DNA of 59,925 bases from Planctomycetota bacterium (GTDB taxonomy: Bacteria; Planctomycetota; SZUA-567; H5-PLA8). Of the stretch, positions 59,895 through 59,925 are shown in pieces. The stretch's first letter is position 1, and every line of letters starts with the position of its first letter. Location: contig JBBRPR010000054.1 of NCBI GenBank assembly GCA_038227875.1, forward strand, positions 1 through 59,925, given 5' to 3'. The notes below the pieces were generated by a model. The model had not been told where the DNA came from. It saw only the letters and a list, made by a program, of their open reading frames with translations, and did not search any database. The position numbers were made by a program, and so were the translations under genes.

Positions 59895-59925
59895 CGCCTA
59901 TCTTTCCAAGCCTGGCATGCTGGTC

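Overview
Bacterial chromosome segment, most likely from a PVC/Planctomycetota-type organism (inferred from the bL37-like peptide, the prepilin cassette and the secreted multi-domain proteins). From left to right: (1) a KdpE/OmpR-type response regulator converging on a Wsp-like chemosensory cluster (cheB, small ORF, REC-PAS-class III adenylate cyclase, Cys-motif protein, cheW, cheR-TPR, cheW, MCP, cheA-REC), whose apparent output is cAMP rather than c-di-GMP; (2) a ~20 kb integrative island (about 13.2-33.4 kb) in tRNA-Pro(GGG), bounded by a 48-bp direct repeat of the tRNA 5' half and TGTGATAG arm-type repeats. It carries a divergent tyrosine integrase, a serine recombinase, two convergent P-loop NTPases flanking two distinct repeat families (candidate origin), a DUF4365-type nuclease, a permuted ACP-like membrane protein, and a six-gene operon hsdR-DUF4145-hsdM-hsdS-(GNAT-PIN-ASCH)-ASCH; (3) host genes: an unannotated bL37-like peptide, ferredoxin, a (GKGQGE)16 membrane protein, carbohydrate-active proteins, VOC protein, SufR-like regulator, UDG, class V aminotransferase, a six-gene G-G-H-I-J-K-like prepilin cassette, a histidine kinase and a candidate small RNA at the right edge. 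All family assignments are by motif recognition only; no searches were run.
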